A stretch of 63,356 bases of DNA, the filler included, from Asterionella formosa (Eukaryota), in the NCBI GenBank assembly GCA_002256025.1. It is 28 parts of 28 records of this genome, joined end to end, with 100 filler letters (N's around TTAATTAATTAA, not from the genome) between each part and the next. Parts side by side here need not be neighbours in the genome. Positions count along the whole stretch, not along the records: positions 11,437 to 28,217 come from NKIB01004734.1; 27 more parts are not named here. One strand, 5' to 3'. Below the pieces are notes generated by a model. That model ran no database searches and had not been told where the DNA came from. It saw only the letters and a program-made list of their open reading frames with translations. Shown piece after piece: positions 11,454 to 24,105 of the stretch; position 1 is the stretch's first letter; each line of letters begins with the position of its first letter. The translations under genes were made by a program, and so were the position numbers.

Positions 11454-14423
11454 ATGATGACAGAGCGCATGAAATTTTCAGGTTCGACGCGGTTGTTATC
11501 TGCCATTGGAATATTTCTTGCTGCCATCGAGCCAAAGTTTGTGTCGAGTTTCAAATCACCACTAACATCAACATTTCACCGACCTTCAAAGCTGTGGACT
11601 CGTCACATTCTTTATTCATCCACTCAATTGGATAATCATTATGGGTTCTCGCATGACTTGATCCAAGGGCTTGACCTGAAGCCACTTCTACATGGCGTGG
11701 CAGCTCATGCGGGTACTCGACGTGGCAGACAGGCCATCCTATCGTTGGTTGGCGACGACGAGAATGAACCCAAAAACGCTGCATCAGGCATGTCGTCAAG
11801 ATCTCGTCGAGTGTCTGATCCATTTATGTATCGTAGAAGCGAACAGATCTCGTCAAGAAACGTCGAATTGGCACCGATTGCCAAATCAGCAAAACAGGCA
11901 AGAGAAGAATACGAATTATCGGAACAAGCGCTCTTGGCTCTCCATGGTACCAATGGACTGTCATTCCCACCAATCTACGGTGCGAATTCTTCACCATTTG
12001 ACTCCACTTCTGTGGCAGATTCAGACCACGATGATTGGATATTCCTTCCTGGAGACCAGGTATCGCTGGAACATGTGCTTCAAGCTGAACAAGTTATAAA
12101 CATGCTAATTCAAGTGAAGGAATGGAGTAATAAACTTGAAACAGAGATCTGGATACCAAGTTTATCAAGTATCGGAAAAGGAATAGTCGATGAGATCCTA
12201 ATACCGATCCAACATGAACTTGATGGAACTATCGAAATTGCAAGAGTAAAGTCACTCACAGACCCGAATGGCAGATCGGTAAGTCAAAACAGTCAGGGAA
12301 CTCCTATTATTTTAACTAATGAGCACTCACTTGTACAATCCCATAGACCTTTTGCTTCAGACTCAAAGATAGCAAATTCCCTCTCCTGAAAGAGCTACGG
12401 AGACAGGAAGAACAATTGACACTTTCGATTGATACAGCGATGAGGAGCGTCCTTCGCAAACAGAAAGGAAGCCCCGAGTGCGTTGAATTCGAAGGGAGGC
12501 AAGTAGACAAGTAGAGATTGGAATGACAATCAAGTTTCAAATCTAATTTTTTGTCCGTTGCTCAACTTCAGGAAGGTGTTGCTCATTCCCAAATCATCTG
12601 CTTCTTCCGAAATTGGTATAATTCGTGGCTTGACGGAAAATGGAGGAAGATACTACGTGGAACCTAGGGATTTAGTGAACCTAGGAGACGAACTTCAGCA
12701 ACTGCGGGAGGAGCTGCGAAAAACAGAAGCCATACTTGAGCATCAGCTTGTTCAAACCGTACTGAAAGCGGCCTCGCCAATCGATGCCGGGCTCAACGCA
12801 GTAGCACGATTGGATGTCGTGTTTTCGAAAGCAGCGTTTGGATTGTTGCTCAATGGGAAAATTCCAACAGTAGGAGAGTACGGGCGTATCAAAGTCGATC
12901 GCTTTATACATCCTATCCTTGCATTACAAAACAAGAATAGTGTCGTACCTGTCGACCTAAGAATGTACAACGACCAACATAGCAACCGAGTGTTGATCAT
13001 AAGTGGTCCGAATGGTGGAGGCAAAAGTCTCGTGATGAAAAGCTTTGGTTTAGCATGTATCCTTGTAAAATTGGCGATACCGATACCTTCGGCATCAACC
13101 GACCTCGTTGCAGTGGTTGATTTCTTTGATAGTGTACTACTTGAGATGGGTGACCAGCAAAACGTTTCTGAAGGGGAATCAACTTTTATGGCCCGCCTTA
13201 ACTCCCTTTCCGCTGTCATCCAGAGACTGTTACCACCGACCGTCGATGGAAATAGAGCCCAGGAGTCGATCACAACATCCAGCCTCGTCCTTCTCGATGA
13301 GCTTGGTGGTGGCACTGATCCAAATGCAGGAGGAGCGATCGCTCAAGCCATTCTTGAAAAGCTGTTGGAATCAAGACACTGTAGGATTGTCGTGACCACC
13401 CATTCTCCCCGACTCAAAGCCTTGTCCTATAGTAGCAACGATTATGACTGTGCCACTGTACTATTGAAGAAGAGTGATCAAAGTGACTTCAAGCTGCCAA
13501 CATATCAACTGCAGTATGGCTTGATTGGAGACTCATATGCACTTGGTGCTGCTTCTAGAGCAAGTCCAAGCCTCCCCGAAGATGTACTTTCGCGGGCAGG
13601 CACGCTGCTGTCAACATTAAACACATCAAACAACGATAATTATTCATCTGGGGAGCTTCTCCGGGCGATGACAGAGTCGCTTGAGAAACAGATCCAAGCT
13701 GCGGAAGAATGTCGACAGCAAGCCGATGAAACGCAACAGGACGTCAAAGCCTGTCGCGATGCTTTGATGGCGCTTTCCAATGCTTACTTGAAGCAACTCG
13801 GGAAACTGGAGGATCGCCTTGAGACCGTTTTTAAAGAGCTCCAAGAGGACGAGTCCAAATCTAGCCTAGTTGTGGTTGGCGAAAGTCTAGCAACTATCAG
13901 AACAGCAAAAAAGAAAGTGACGACAGAAGATGAACGCCTCAAAAGAATGGGACTAAAGCGAGTATCTGATTCCTACAAATTGAGCAACGGAGAGTCGGTA
14001 GTAGTCCTAGCCCCTGGTGACTGGGAAGGTGTATCAGGTACAATTGTTTCTAATGGCATTGTTCAATGCAAACCCGGGGAAGTTCTCGTTGCTCCTTCAT
14101 TGGGAACATGGGAAGACCTATCATTCCAAAGGGACGAGCTCCGAATCCTAGATCCATCGCATGCGAAACCATTAATTTTGAGAAGACATCAAATTGCTGT
14201 ATGGGACTTCGACAGCGTTTGGGATGGTGAGAATAGTGAAAGACCAACGTCAACTGTTCGCGAATCGCGTCAAAAATTGGTGAATCTCTTGAATTCTTTG
14301 CCTTCAACCTCCACAATGACGGCAAACAAAAAAGTCTCAGAGACATCGAGAGCAAGCACTTTCAATTCATCAAGAGAGCGTAAAGCATCTGCAAGTAAAA
14401 AGCAGAAAAAAAGAACTAGTTAA
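11454..14423 (+). CDS. mutS2: MutS2-like ATPase, probably plastid-targeted, three exons
   Basis: Exons 11454-12278, 12347-12498 and 12572-14423 (introns GTAAGT..CCATAG and GCAAGT..TTCAG) splice in frame. N-terminal LDLKPLL..VAAHAGTRRGR, Walker A ISGPNGGGKS, GDQQ..STF, Walker B LLDELGGGTDP, TTH, coiled coil and KOW-like segment. Signal peptide followed by VSS-FKSP (ASAFAP-like). Confidence 0.9.
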
Positions 14424-14748
14424 TGAACCTCTTCTTCCATTCAATCATTTCAGGCCAGTATTTATGACTTTGTAGAAAAGTGTACTGGGTTCCTTCAGGA
14501 TCATTTTAGGTCTGGTGAGAGGCGTACGGAATTCTGTGCAGCGAGTCTACATTGTTCAAGATGTATGTTCTAGCGTTTTGTTTAATTCTGTCATCTAGTA
14601 TCGCAAGATAGAGGATCCTTCTTCAATACACAAAGCAAATTCATGTCATCTTTGCGCACGTCATTCGGCGAGTTGCTCGCACCAGGAGGCCTCAATTTCA
14701 AGCATTTGGAGACACGACTATATGTCGTCGTTATCTCGGCTTTTCCCC

Positions 14749-16155
14749 TCATGCACTCGGAGCAGCACCTGCTATCAGAGCCTGTTTCTCAATCTGCTCC
14801 CTTGACAAGCCACTATCGCTCCTCTGCGACGTAGATTTCTTTTGTTTCTTCCCTGGGTTTTCTTCCACAAGGACGTTCCAATCAGCACGTTTCTCACTCG
14901 ATGCAGCAGACAAAATGTCTTCGACATTAACATAATTAGCAAAGACTCGAATGAATTCATCAACGTGGTCGATTGCTGCGTCACTTGAAAGTTCGGGATA
15001 CAAAGGAACAAAGCCAAATGCTTTCCTCCCTATTTGATATTGATCAAAATAAGCCGTGACCGTCAGACGACAATTTTCCAGGGAATAAAATCCTTCCAAA
15101 GGAAGTTTATTGAAAATTGCGCCAATAACATGAACATTTCTCGCCAAAAAATAGGACGCATTCAAGTTGAAGGAATCGACGGCGTTTCCTACTCCTGGCG
15201 GAGACACCACTAACACTCCAGGCGGTGTACCATCTTGGCTGGAACATGCTCGTGCCACGGCTGCATTGTCGGTACCGCAAATGGATCCTACCGCCGGAAA
15301 TCCAACTCCATCAATTAATATCACCTTCTTTCCCTTGGCGATGTCATTTACAGCATCACGTGCTAAAGCCAGTAATTCTTCTGATGATTCCGTTTCACCG
15401 GCTAAGAAAGCGCGAGTGAAGCCTTTGTAGTAAACAATCGGACCTACTGGAATACATGCGATGCCCATCTTGTCACAGTATGCCTGAACGAGTTGTGGAG
15501 CTTCGCACTGTGTCGCTGGTTTGATGTAAGCGAGGCACGATGATTGATATCCCTTGGCGAGTAAATTGCCAAGTATTCCCAAACATACGCTCGATTTTCC
15601 AACCGAGGAGCGATCCCCGGCTACAAAAATTCTGATTGCTTCCTCCTTATTATGCTGAGATGGTGTGGTAGTCTCACTATTTCTGCGCTTTACCTGGTCG
15701 TCCGAGACCGTGTTTTGAAGGAGCGCCTGTAGGACCTTGTTGGCCGACTTGAGCAATATTGCCGAGTTTTTTTTGGCGAAAAGATCTCGAGGTTTGATAT
15801 TACGGATGAAATCCATCGACTGTCTGTCCTGCTTCTTCTCCTGTCGGGCAACAACGAGCAAGGCAGGTAACTCGGAGGGAATACAAGAGCTGAGTCCAAC
15901 TGACGAGCCGTTATCGCCGAGGCAATAATCTATGCAGTCGTCGTCACCATCCACTTGAATAAAGTCCAGCCATTCGAATTGAGATCCGAGAAAGGATGCT
16001 CTAAGGGTTTCTGATTCACGAAGGAGACGTTTGTTCCAAGATCCGTGGAAACAAACGATGCCATTGCTCGTGATGGAACCTTCCAGTGGCTGGAAAGTTC
16101 CCTGGAGGAGGTTGAACACCCGATCCCTTGGTTGCTTTTCTGTCATTTCCGGCAT
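14749..16155 (-). CDS. BioD/AAA_26-like P-loop NTPase with an N-terminal thioredoxin-like segment
   Basis: 468 aa. IFVAGDRSSVGKS (P-loop), AYIKP, ILIDGVG and GAIFNK are dethiobiotin-synthase/Pta-N/CobQ-type motifs. N-terminal GIVCFHGSW...ELPALLVV resembles a Trx fold without CxxC. Confidence 0.8.
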   Translation of the reverse strand: MPEMTEKQPRDRVFNLLQGTFQPLEGSITSNGIVCFHGSWNKRLLRESETLRASFLGSQFEWLDFIQVDGDDDCIDYCLGDNGSSVGLSSCIPSELPALLVVARQEKKQDRQSMDFIRNIKPRDLFAKKNSAILLKSANKVLQALLQNTVSDDQVKRRNSETTTPSQHNKEEAIRIFVAGDRSSVGKSSVCLGILGNLLAKGYQSSCLAYIKPATQCEAPQLVQAYCDKMGIACIPVGPIVYYKGFTRAFLAGETESSEELLALARDAVNDIAKGKKVILIDGVGFPAVGSICGTDNAAVARACSSQDGTPPGVLVVSPPGVGNAVDSFNLNASYFLARNVHVIGAIFNKLPLEGFYSLENCRLTVTAYFDQYQIGRKAFGFVPLYPELSSDAAIDHVDEFIRVFANYVNVEDILSAASSEKRADWNVLVEENPGKKQKKSTSQRSDSGLSREQIEKQALIAGAAPSA

Positions 16156-16774
16156 CGAGATACTCCTCCTGTTGTCTAAATTAGCAAGAGAGTATATTCT
16201 TGCCTCTTTGAGACTTACAAAAGGCTATTCGCGATAACAAGTGGTATCAGTAACATGGGCGCTGATAAGAGTCAGGATAGAATTCAGTAAACAGATAAAA
16301 TGATACTGTGCTCTTACAATAATCTGTTCATCATATATGATACCGGTACCACCAAGGTAGACGTGGTACCAGGTACAGGTATTTGACGATGGTATAGCAT
16401 TTGATGACGCCATCAAAGACAATAACCTATACTGGCAGTTCTTATGTAGGATGGACAGACGGCTCTGATGTCGCCCCTACAAGCAACGCATGCCTGATGC
16501 TTGGCTGTATGATACATACATACCGGTAGCTGTAACAAAATTTCATACTACCAGCTACCAGGTACCATTAAATTCATTTTCATTTTCCGGTATCATGGCC
16601 ATTTCAAAGCTGCAATTTGTCCTTATACGACTGTTGCATTCAACGTCATGATTGTCCCTTCTCAACTCAACACATCATCATGTCACACGATAGCATTGAT
16701 GCCTTGACACCAGCATTTTTTCAGAAGCCTCGGTAAGATTCATCGGTGCCCTGTAACTACACAGACCATGCAAC

Positions 16775-17790
16775 ATGTCTTCAAACAGTCATAAACGCAT
16801 CTCTTGCTGTCGCATAACCTGCAAAGTCCTGCTGTTTATCAGTTCAATTCTCGTTGTAGCAGTTGCCATCATGTGCCGTGTAGAATCGCTTCATTTCTCC
16901 CAAGGTGTCAAGCCGCCTGCGGCATCTCCACTTACCAAGGCAGAAATAAATAAGTTCAAGCGAGATGGTTTTCTTGTCATGCGCCAACTTGTTACCGGCA
17001 ACGAATTACGCGACTTGCAAACTGCTGGCGACGAGATCGCTCACTCTTTTTTTGGACCGACCTTGTGTTTCGCTCGTTCTATCAAAAAATTCGAATGCAG
17101 ACTTGGAGATCAAAGCATGCAGTGGCAAAGTTTGCATTTGAGAGTACTTTGCCGAGCATCGCAGCTCAATTACTGGGAGAACAAACATCCATTCGCATAC
17201 TGAAGGACGCCATCTTTATTCAATCCCCTGGAAAACCTGGCTGTGGATTTCACGTGGACGACAAGGGATTTTGGCCTGCAGACGATGAATCGGGTGGAAT
17301 CAATTTTTGGGTCGCCCTCAGCCACTACACAGAAGCTGAAGGCGGAGGAATTCGGGTGGCTAGGGGTTCACACACGGCCAAATGGGCAAAAGAGTGCCGA
17401 GACATTATTAAGGTGGCTGCAGGTGAAAAACCCAGGACATGCAACATGGACGAGTGGAGCCCAAAATGCAATGAGCATTTATGGAAAGTGTCAGAAACCC
17501 ATGACTTGGAGCCTGGTGATGTCATTCTCTGGGACCGATGGTTGTTTCACAAGGGTGAAACATTTCGCCACAATGACACTAACACTACAGTGAGTAAACT
17601 GCGTTACACTATTCGGTACATTCCTTCAAATGCAGTTGCAATGGGGATACATCATGGATCTGTACAAGATGGAGAGCATTATCATGGGCATCATTATCCC
17701 CAAGTTTGGCCTCAGGTTTTGGAAAGTGAAATTAAAAAGCTTTCAAGTGTTGGTTGGAGCATCAAGGATCGACTTCTTCCTTTCTTTTAA
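16775..17790 (+). CDS. PhyH-family Fe(II)/2-oxoglutarate dioxygenase split by a -1 frameshift at a T7 run
   Basis: ORF 16775 gives a signal anchor and LTKAEINKFKRDGFLVMRQLV. ORF 17065 gives GFHVDD, INFWVAL and LEPGDVILWDRWLFHKG. One extra T in 17047-17053 joins them as HSFFWTDLVFRSFY. Confidence 0.85.
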
Positions 17791-18987
17791 GATGTGAATG
17801 TGTTGTCAGAATGTTTCTTGAATGTATAGATAACAGGAAGGTTGTTCCTATTGACAATCAATGGCTTGATAGCACTTTGCCATGTCAACTCCCTTCATTG
17901 TACACTAAAACAATATATGCAATTTCGCCAATAAAGTGACCCACTTCATGTGCTATTATCATAATGTTGTACATACAGTATACTTTGCACCAGTATAATC
18001 TAGTATAGCATAGGTCTATATTGTGTATGATGCTATGACCAGAGTTGCAGCCTGTAGAAGCATAGAAAATTCTTCCTACTCAACTTGCTAGTAGCATCTC
18101 AACTTATTTGTTGTCAGCAACCAGTGAGCTTAATAATACAAAATGAAATTCAGCCTGAAACAGCTAAGCTCATCCTTATTTCAGGCATTCCAGTTTGTTT
18201 TANNNNNNNNNNNNNNNNNNNNNNNNNNNNNNNNNNNNNNNNNNNNNNNNNNNNNNNNNNNNNNNNNNNNNNNNNNNNNNNNNNNNNNNNNNNNNNNNNN
18301 NNNNNNNNNNNNNNNNNNNNNNNNNNNNNNNNNNNNNNNNNNNNNNNNNNNNNNNNNNNNNNNNNNNNNNNNNNNNNNNNNNNNNNNNNNNNNNNNNNNN
18401 NNNNNNNNNNNNNNNNNNNNNNNNNNNNNNNNNNNNNNNNNNNNNNNNNNNNNNNNNNNNNNNNNNNNNNNNNNNNNNNNNNNNNNNNNNNNNNNNNNNN
18501 NNNNNNNNNNNNNNNNNNNNNNNNNNNNNNNNNNNNNNNNNNNNNNNNNNNNNNNNNNNNNNNNNNNNNNNNNNNNNNNNNNNNNNNNNNNNNNNNNNNN
18601 NNNNNNNNNNNNNNNNNNNNNNNNNNNNNNNNNNNNNNNNNNNNNNNNNNNNNNNNNNNNNNNNNNNNNNNNNNNNNNNNNNNNNNNNNNNNNNNNNNNN
18701 NNNNNNNNNNNNNNNNNNNNNNNNNNNNNNNNNNNNNNNNNNNNNNNNNNNNNNNNNNNNNNNNNNNNNNNNNNNNNNNNNNNTTACACATAAATATCTA
18801 TTACATACTATTTGATACTGTCACTTTCAATGTTAAGGCAACAACAAATGATGTTGTGTTACGAATATTGCGATTATAAGTTTCCAAGTAGAGGGCAGCT
18901 TATTCGCTTGAGTGATTGAAGTGAAGAAACTATGGCGCGAATCTTGTACGTTATACCATTGAACACGAGATCAAGGAACAAAACATC

Positions 18988-21206
18988 ATGCTGCCGTATC
19001 GCCTTCGAGCACCGCCAAAAGCTGGGCCATGGAAGAATATGAAAGAGGAAGACCCTTTACTTTTGGGCGGGCCTATGCAACGTGCAATAGAGCATGACAT
19101 ACTGGAGATTCGTGATGAATTTCTAAATGCGGAACCCCCTGTTGCGGCGGGCCATGCAAAAGCAGGCGCTACTTTTCAACAATTTTCTAGCATTTTTGGA
19201 TCCAACAAAATCGGTCTCTTGCACAGCTGTACAATACCACCTCGATGTGACCAAGATGCGTACACTCAACTGATTTATGCATCGTGTTTATCTTTGATTA
19301 AGAAGTCCATGGAGGAAATGGCATCTTTGCGACATGCATCGTTTGGTCTCTTTAGCCTTTATGCGTTCTTTCAGACCTGCCCAATCCCAGAAAGGACACA
19401 AAATGAACTACAGATGCTTCCCATGGGTTTGCAAGGGGAAAATCCCAAGAAGCAATTTCGTCGACACTTCAAAACCAGGATAAGAATTGATCCTTATCAC
19501 TTTTCACTCTTACAGAGACTCCGAGACGAAGCCTTGGCGACGCAAGCAGATTGTCAAGTCCACCTGCTAATGGATTGCAAGGAGAACATGTGGGCTTGCC
19601 AATGCTCAGCCGCCACGGATGTGATTCATATTTTGAATAGTTTACGAAATAGCTGGGACTACTCTATGTACACTGGACCTCGCTCGGTCGAGGGACTTGC
19701 CGGCCATGCCGACTATCCGTTTGGGTGTATTCGACCAAAGAATGAGGTAATGCAGGCGCCTGTTACCTTGCTTGAAACCTCAGTTTTCGAAGAAGCACAG
19801 GAATGTAGGATGAACAACGATTGGCATGAAATTGAAACAGCCGTGGGTATTTATCAGCGAAGCTTACGCTCTCTAGTGGTACCAAAAGCTAGTGCATCCA
19901 ACCAATCAACAAGAATAAGAACAGCATTAGACCCAATTTTTGCAAGCGAACCCTGGGATCAGTTCTTCACCCGAATCATGAAACAAGAGGCACATTCCGA
20001 AATGAGCCATCCGGCTTCGCCAGGAAGTTTGCCAGGCGAAAAATTTGAGGCGAATGCAAACGAAGCAGCCTCTGACAACATGCTAACATCGGACATCAAA
20101 GCACCGTCTATCCATTTTCGTTTGACGCTTCCAGAAGGCCTTCGAACAGAAACATCTGCGGGAATCAGGAGGGCCGTATACTCTCTTCTTGAATATGGTG
20201 AGTTTGGAGCAAAAAATCGTGAGGAGAAAGTGCCCTTGGGAGCTACCAACATCCCGGAAATGTACATAGATGATGTGTCATCGGTGGGACAGGGCGGAGT
20301 CTCTGTTCGGCGTAAAGGAGGAGCTTCTCAATTGAGAAACATTTTTTCATCTACACACTCGAGCGAAAGTGTTTCCATTGCTTCGACCAGTGGGGATAGT
20401 ATCGATACGGGGCAAGGGAGAGGAACAAGTGCTCTGAGAACATTGTTGGCATCCGCAAATTCGATGGGAAGAGTTTCCAAAGTTCAAAGTAAGTTAGGGA
20501 TTGGCAAGGTGGAGCAAGCGAGTGTTACCGAGATGTGTCCAACACTGATTATTCAACCTGTGAGCGCTTCGGTCGCTGTGCACGATAGCGAGACTGGGCA
20601 TGGAAGAGGTGCAGTAGAATTGCGTGCATTGCTACCAATTGGTGGCGCATCAACAACTGCGGCAAGTTTTAATAGTCAAGAGACTGGACAGGGACGAGCA
20701 GCTCTTCGTGATCTCCTCTCTTCAGTTCCATCCGATCCACTATCCAAGACACCTCCAAACAGGGTTCCCTTTTCGATTTCCAGGACAGCAACTCATGTCC
20801 CGCAAAGTCAAGGTTTTCTTACCATGACTTCCAGGGAATCAGAGAGTGACAAAGATTCAAATGATGTATCAGATGTTTCCAGTGCATCTTCGGGTTTGGA
20901 CGAAGTCTCAATCGCTACATCGGCTGTGGGACAGGTTGCTTTGCGCAAATTGATGTCCTCTGTTAACGGCGGTACGGAAAACACAAAGAGGAAAGAATCG
21001 GGGAAGAAACGTGCTAAAGGATACTCACCAAAGAAGCGAAAAGTGAAGAATTATGCAGGAGATCGTCAACCCCAGGGAACGAAAATAAGACAAGACATAG
21101 TGGAGGGATCTCTGTCCGGTGATAGTGATGACTGTGAATTGACCGCAACCAGCAGGAATTTCGGAAGGGCCGCTCTCGAGCACCTCATGGCACAGGTTTC
21201 TGCAAT
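18988..21206 (+). CDS. Protein with SNAPC1/SNAP43-like N-terminal domain and long Ser/Gly-rich tail, 3' end in scaffold gap
   Basis: About 739 codons open up to the gap. IEHDILEIRDEF..ATFQQFSSIF..FGLFSLYAFFQTCP..RIRID..DVIHILNSL follows the SNAPC1 pattern (F..F...W, GALYLLYGLYNTQ, KIRV, DAAYIFRKL). The tail has repeated GxxALRxLL motifs and a basic NLS-like stretch. CDS is clear; family is tentative. Confidence 0.65.
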
Positions 21207-24105
21207 NNNNNNNNNNNNNNNNNNNNNNNNNNNNNNNNNNNNNNNNNNNNNNNNNNNNNNNNNNNNNNNNNNNNNNNNNNNNNNNNNNNNNNNNNNNNNN
21301 NNNNNNNNNNNNNNNNNNNNNNNNNNNNNNNNNNNNNNNNNNNNNNNNNNNNNNNNNNNNNNNNNNNNNNNNNNNNNNNNNNNNNNNNNNNNNNNNNNNN
21401 NNNNNNNNNNNNNNNNNNNNNNNNNNNNNNNNNNNNNNNNNNNNNNNNNNNNNNNNNNNNNNNNNNNNNNNNNNNNNNNNNNNNNNNNNNNNNNNNNNNN
21501 NNNNNNNNNNNNNNNNNNNNNNNNNNNNNNNNNNNNNNNNNNNNNNNNNNNNNNNNNNNNNNNNNNNNNNNNNNNNNNNNNNNNNNNNNNNNNNNNNNNN
21601 NNNNNNNNNNNNNNNNNNNNNNNNNNNNNNNNNNNAAAGGAAGGATGATTTATAAACCGGTATTCTGAGTGTCTATTAGGAATTATGTTTTCCAGAGGGA
21701 CAGTTTCAACATTGCAACAACATTGAACTATCCGGGATACAATCCCGACTGTCCTCTATTTCGCAAATACTTAGCCTATGTCGGCAGTCTGTAGCACTGC
21801 TGCTGACACCCTCCTCAGTCACCGTGTCCTCTTTGGACACTGCCGCTCCTTTCGCTTACCCCTTCTCCTCTCTTTTTATTGCTCAACTTTTACTATTAGA
21901 CCTGCTGGTCACTCCACCACAAAACTCAGTCAAATCCACCTGTTCCTTCCTGAGGAAACAACTTTTGCCTACTCTGCGCACCTCTGACAGCACATTTGTC
22001 AAATGACTGCTTATTCCTCCTCCCACGAGCTTCCTGTCTCTCTCTACCACTTCCAGTCCTCTCATTGTCACCTGGAAAACCCCAAGACCCTTCGGAATTT
22101 CCAAGAAACTGTTTTCTATTGCTGCAGCCCACTCTCTCTGCCATTGGGTACTACCAAAGGCTATAGGAATTTCACTTTCCTCTGATCTATCTACTGCATT
22201 GGCAATCCAAGCTTCTCCTCTTGTCTCAACTCCTAGTCTACCATTAGATTCATCATTTGATCAAGTATTGATCATTTGTTTATTGCCTAAGCGTATCACC
22301 ACTCCGATTTTAGTCAATGACACCTCAGAACAAGTCGAGGATGCCAGCACTATCAAGACCTCCCTTCCAGCAATAAAATGCTTCCATCCCTGTGTTCCCC
22401 TATCTTTTTGATTACCAGCAAATCAAACAAGCTGTGATCTGTGCAAGCTTCCAGAGTTCCTTTAGCTATCAATTCATCCTGACAGCTGCATTTCATTCCT
22501 CTGATTATTGATGCCTTATCAATTTTATCATCCATTGCTTCCAATTTTTTTAAATCTCTCTCTCTCTTTCTTCCAATGCATTCGTACACTGGTAACGGTA
22601 GCCAGTCTCTTCCTATGTACAAAGTATGTTGTTTGACATCAGCATGTTGAAGTTAGCAGTCAGAAAACGAAGTCAGCAGTCAGCAAATATTTCAAATTTT
22701 CAGCAAATCAAGTCAGCAGTTAGCAACAAGAAGTCAGTCAGCAAGTTGAAGTTGGTAGTCAGCGATTCTGCGGTGAAAGGTGGCAGCGCTTTTCCATTTG
22801 AAAGTTTGTAATGGTTACAGGTAATCTAAATAATTTGAAATAATTTGAGATTTTCATCATTTTGGAATTGGTGAGCCGGACAGACTTCCAATGAAGCATG
22901 TTGAAACCGCTACATGGAATTTTTAGCATATAGTGTGCACATTTCGCTGATTACCGGACCTTCCAGGGGGAGTTGTTTTCAACTTTGGAGGCTATACTAT
23001 TTTGTTGTCGTAGTGGTCTGTTTGATATACCGGTATATACTACAGGTATAGAGGGTCGAGAGTTTGATAGTATTTTTACAATTGCCTACCATTACAATAT
23101 CAGCAGTATTTTTGATTTTCACATGTATTGCAAGTGACAAGTTATTGAAGAAGCACTGGTAGACAATGAGTGCAAAGCCGTCATTCGTCGATCGTACCTA
23201 AATTCTTCCACAGTAGTTGTTATTACCTTTTCGGAGTAGGAATGGGCTATAAAACAGATTATCATTTTTAATCGGTTTAGAATGATGACCACCTGTACAT
23301 ACACATGGGTGGGGCATGGATCCTTCGGGTTTTATTTATGTTGTATGTACAGTATGTAGAGGTAATTTGTGCACATACCGGTACCGTTACCCGTTTACTA
23401 TATTGCGCGTTCACGCTCTCTCTTGACAGCATCACCACTCGATTGTTGTCGTCCGGAGTCCCCCGAGCAACAAAAATAATGAACACGTGTATGGAAACCT
23501 GGTACCGTAGCTGGTCCGTCTACTTACACCCAACCAAAAACTGTTTCACCATTAGGAATGAATAAATACTAGCAAATTCTTCAAGGAGTACCGGTACCAG
23601 GTACTTATATTTATTAGTACACACCCCTATACGGTACCATGGTAGTTTTCTACCCCTGGTACCTGGTACCTGTTACATATTTTTATCATTTTTATTCCAG
23701 CATATAGTGTGTTATAATATAAATATAGCCATCGCATAACAAATACTGAGCGAAATAGATACTACCGGTAGGTACATTCGGTGTAGGGACAGACAAAGAA
23801 TGATAAATTTTCGCGAGGACGAGGAACCAAGCAACAAGGAGATGAAACACAATTGTTAATCGCTTATCGTCTCGGTTTATCAGTACTCTATGTAAAATGT
23901 AGCACTGTAGCTGGTATTTGTACCGGTATCCTGTACAGTACTCACACACCAGCGTATGCATCCATTTTTGTTGTCGGAAAATCCGTATCGGCCGAGTTTG
24001 CTTCATCTTCATTACTACTATAGGTATGCTGTATAACTGAAGCGCTCCCCCCCCCCTTCGACCTACGGAATCCTTTCAATCAACTACCTCTCCTGTCACA
24101 AAGCG

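Noticed and set aside
18085..18879. Long ORFs in the ORF track
   Set aside because: Composed of the N gap.
21637..22800. Purine-skewed region with short ORFs and AGTCAGCA repeats, perhaps a decayed retroelement 5' part
   Set aside because: No diagnostic gag, RT or transposase motif found.
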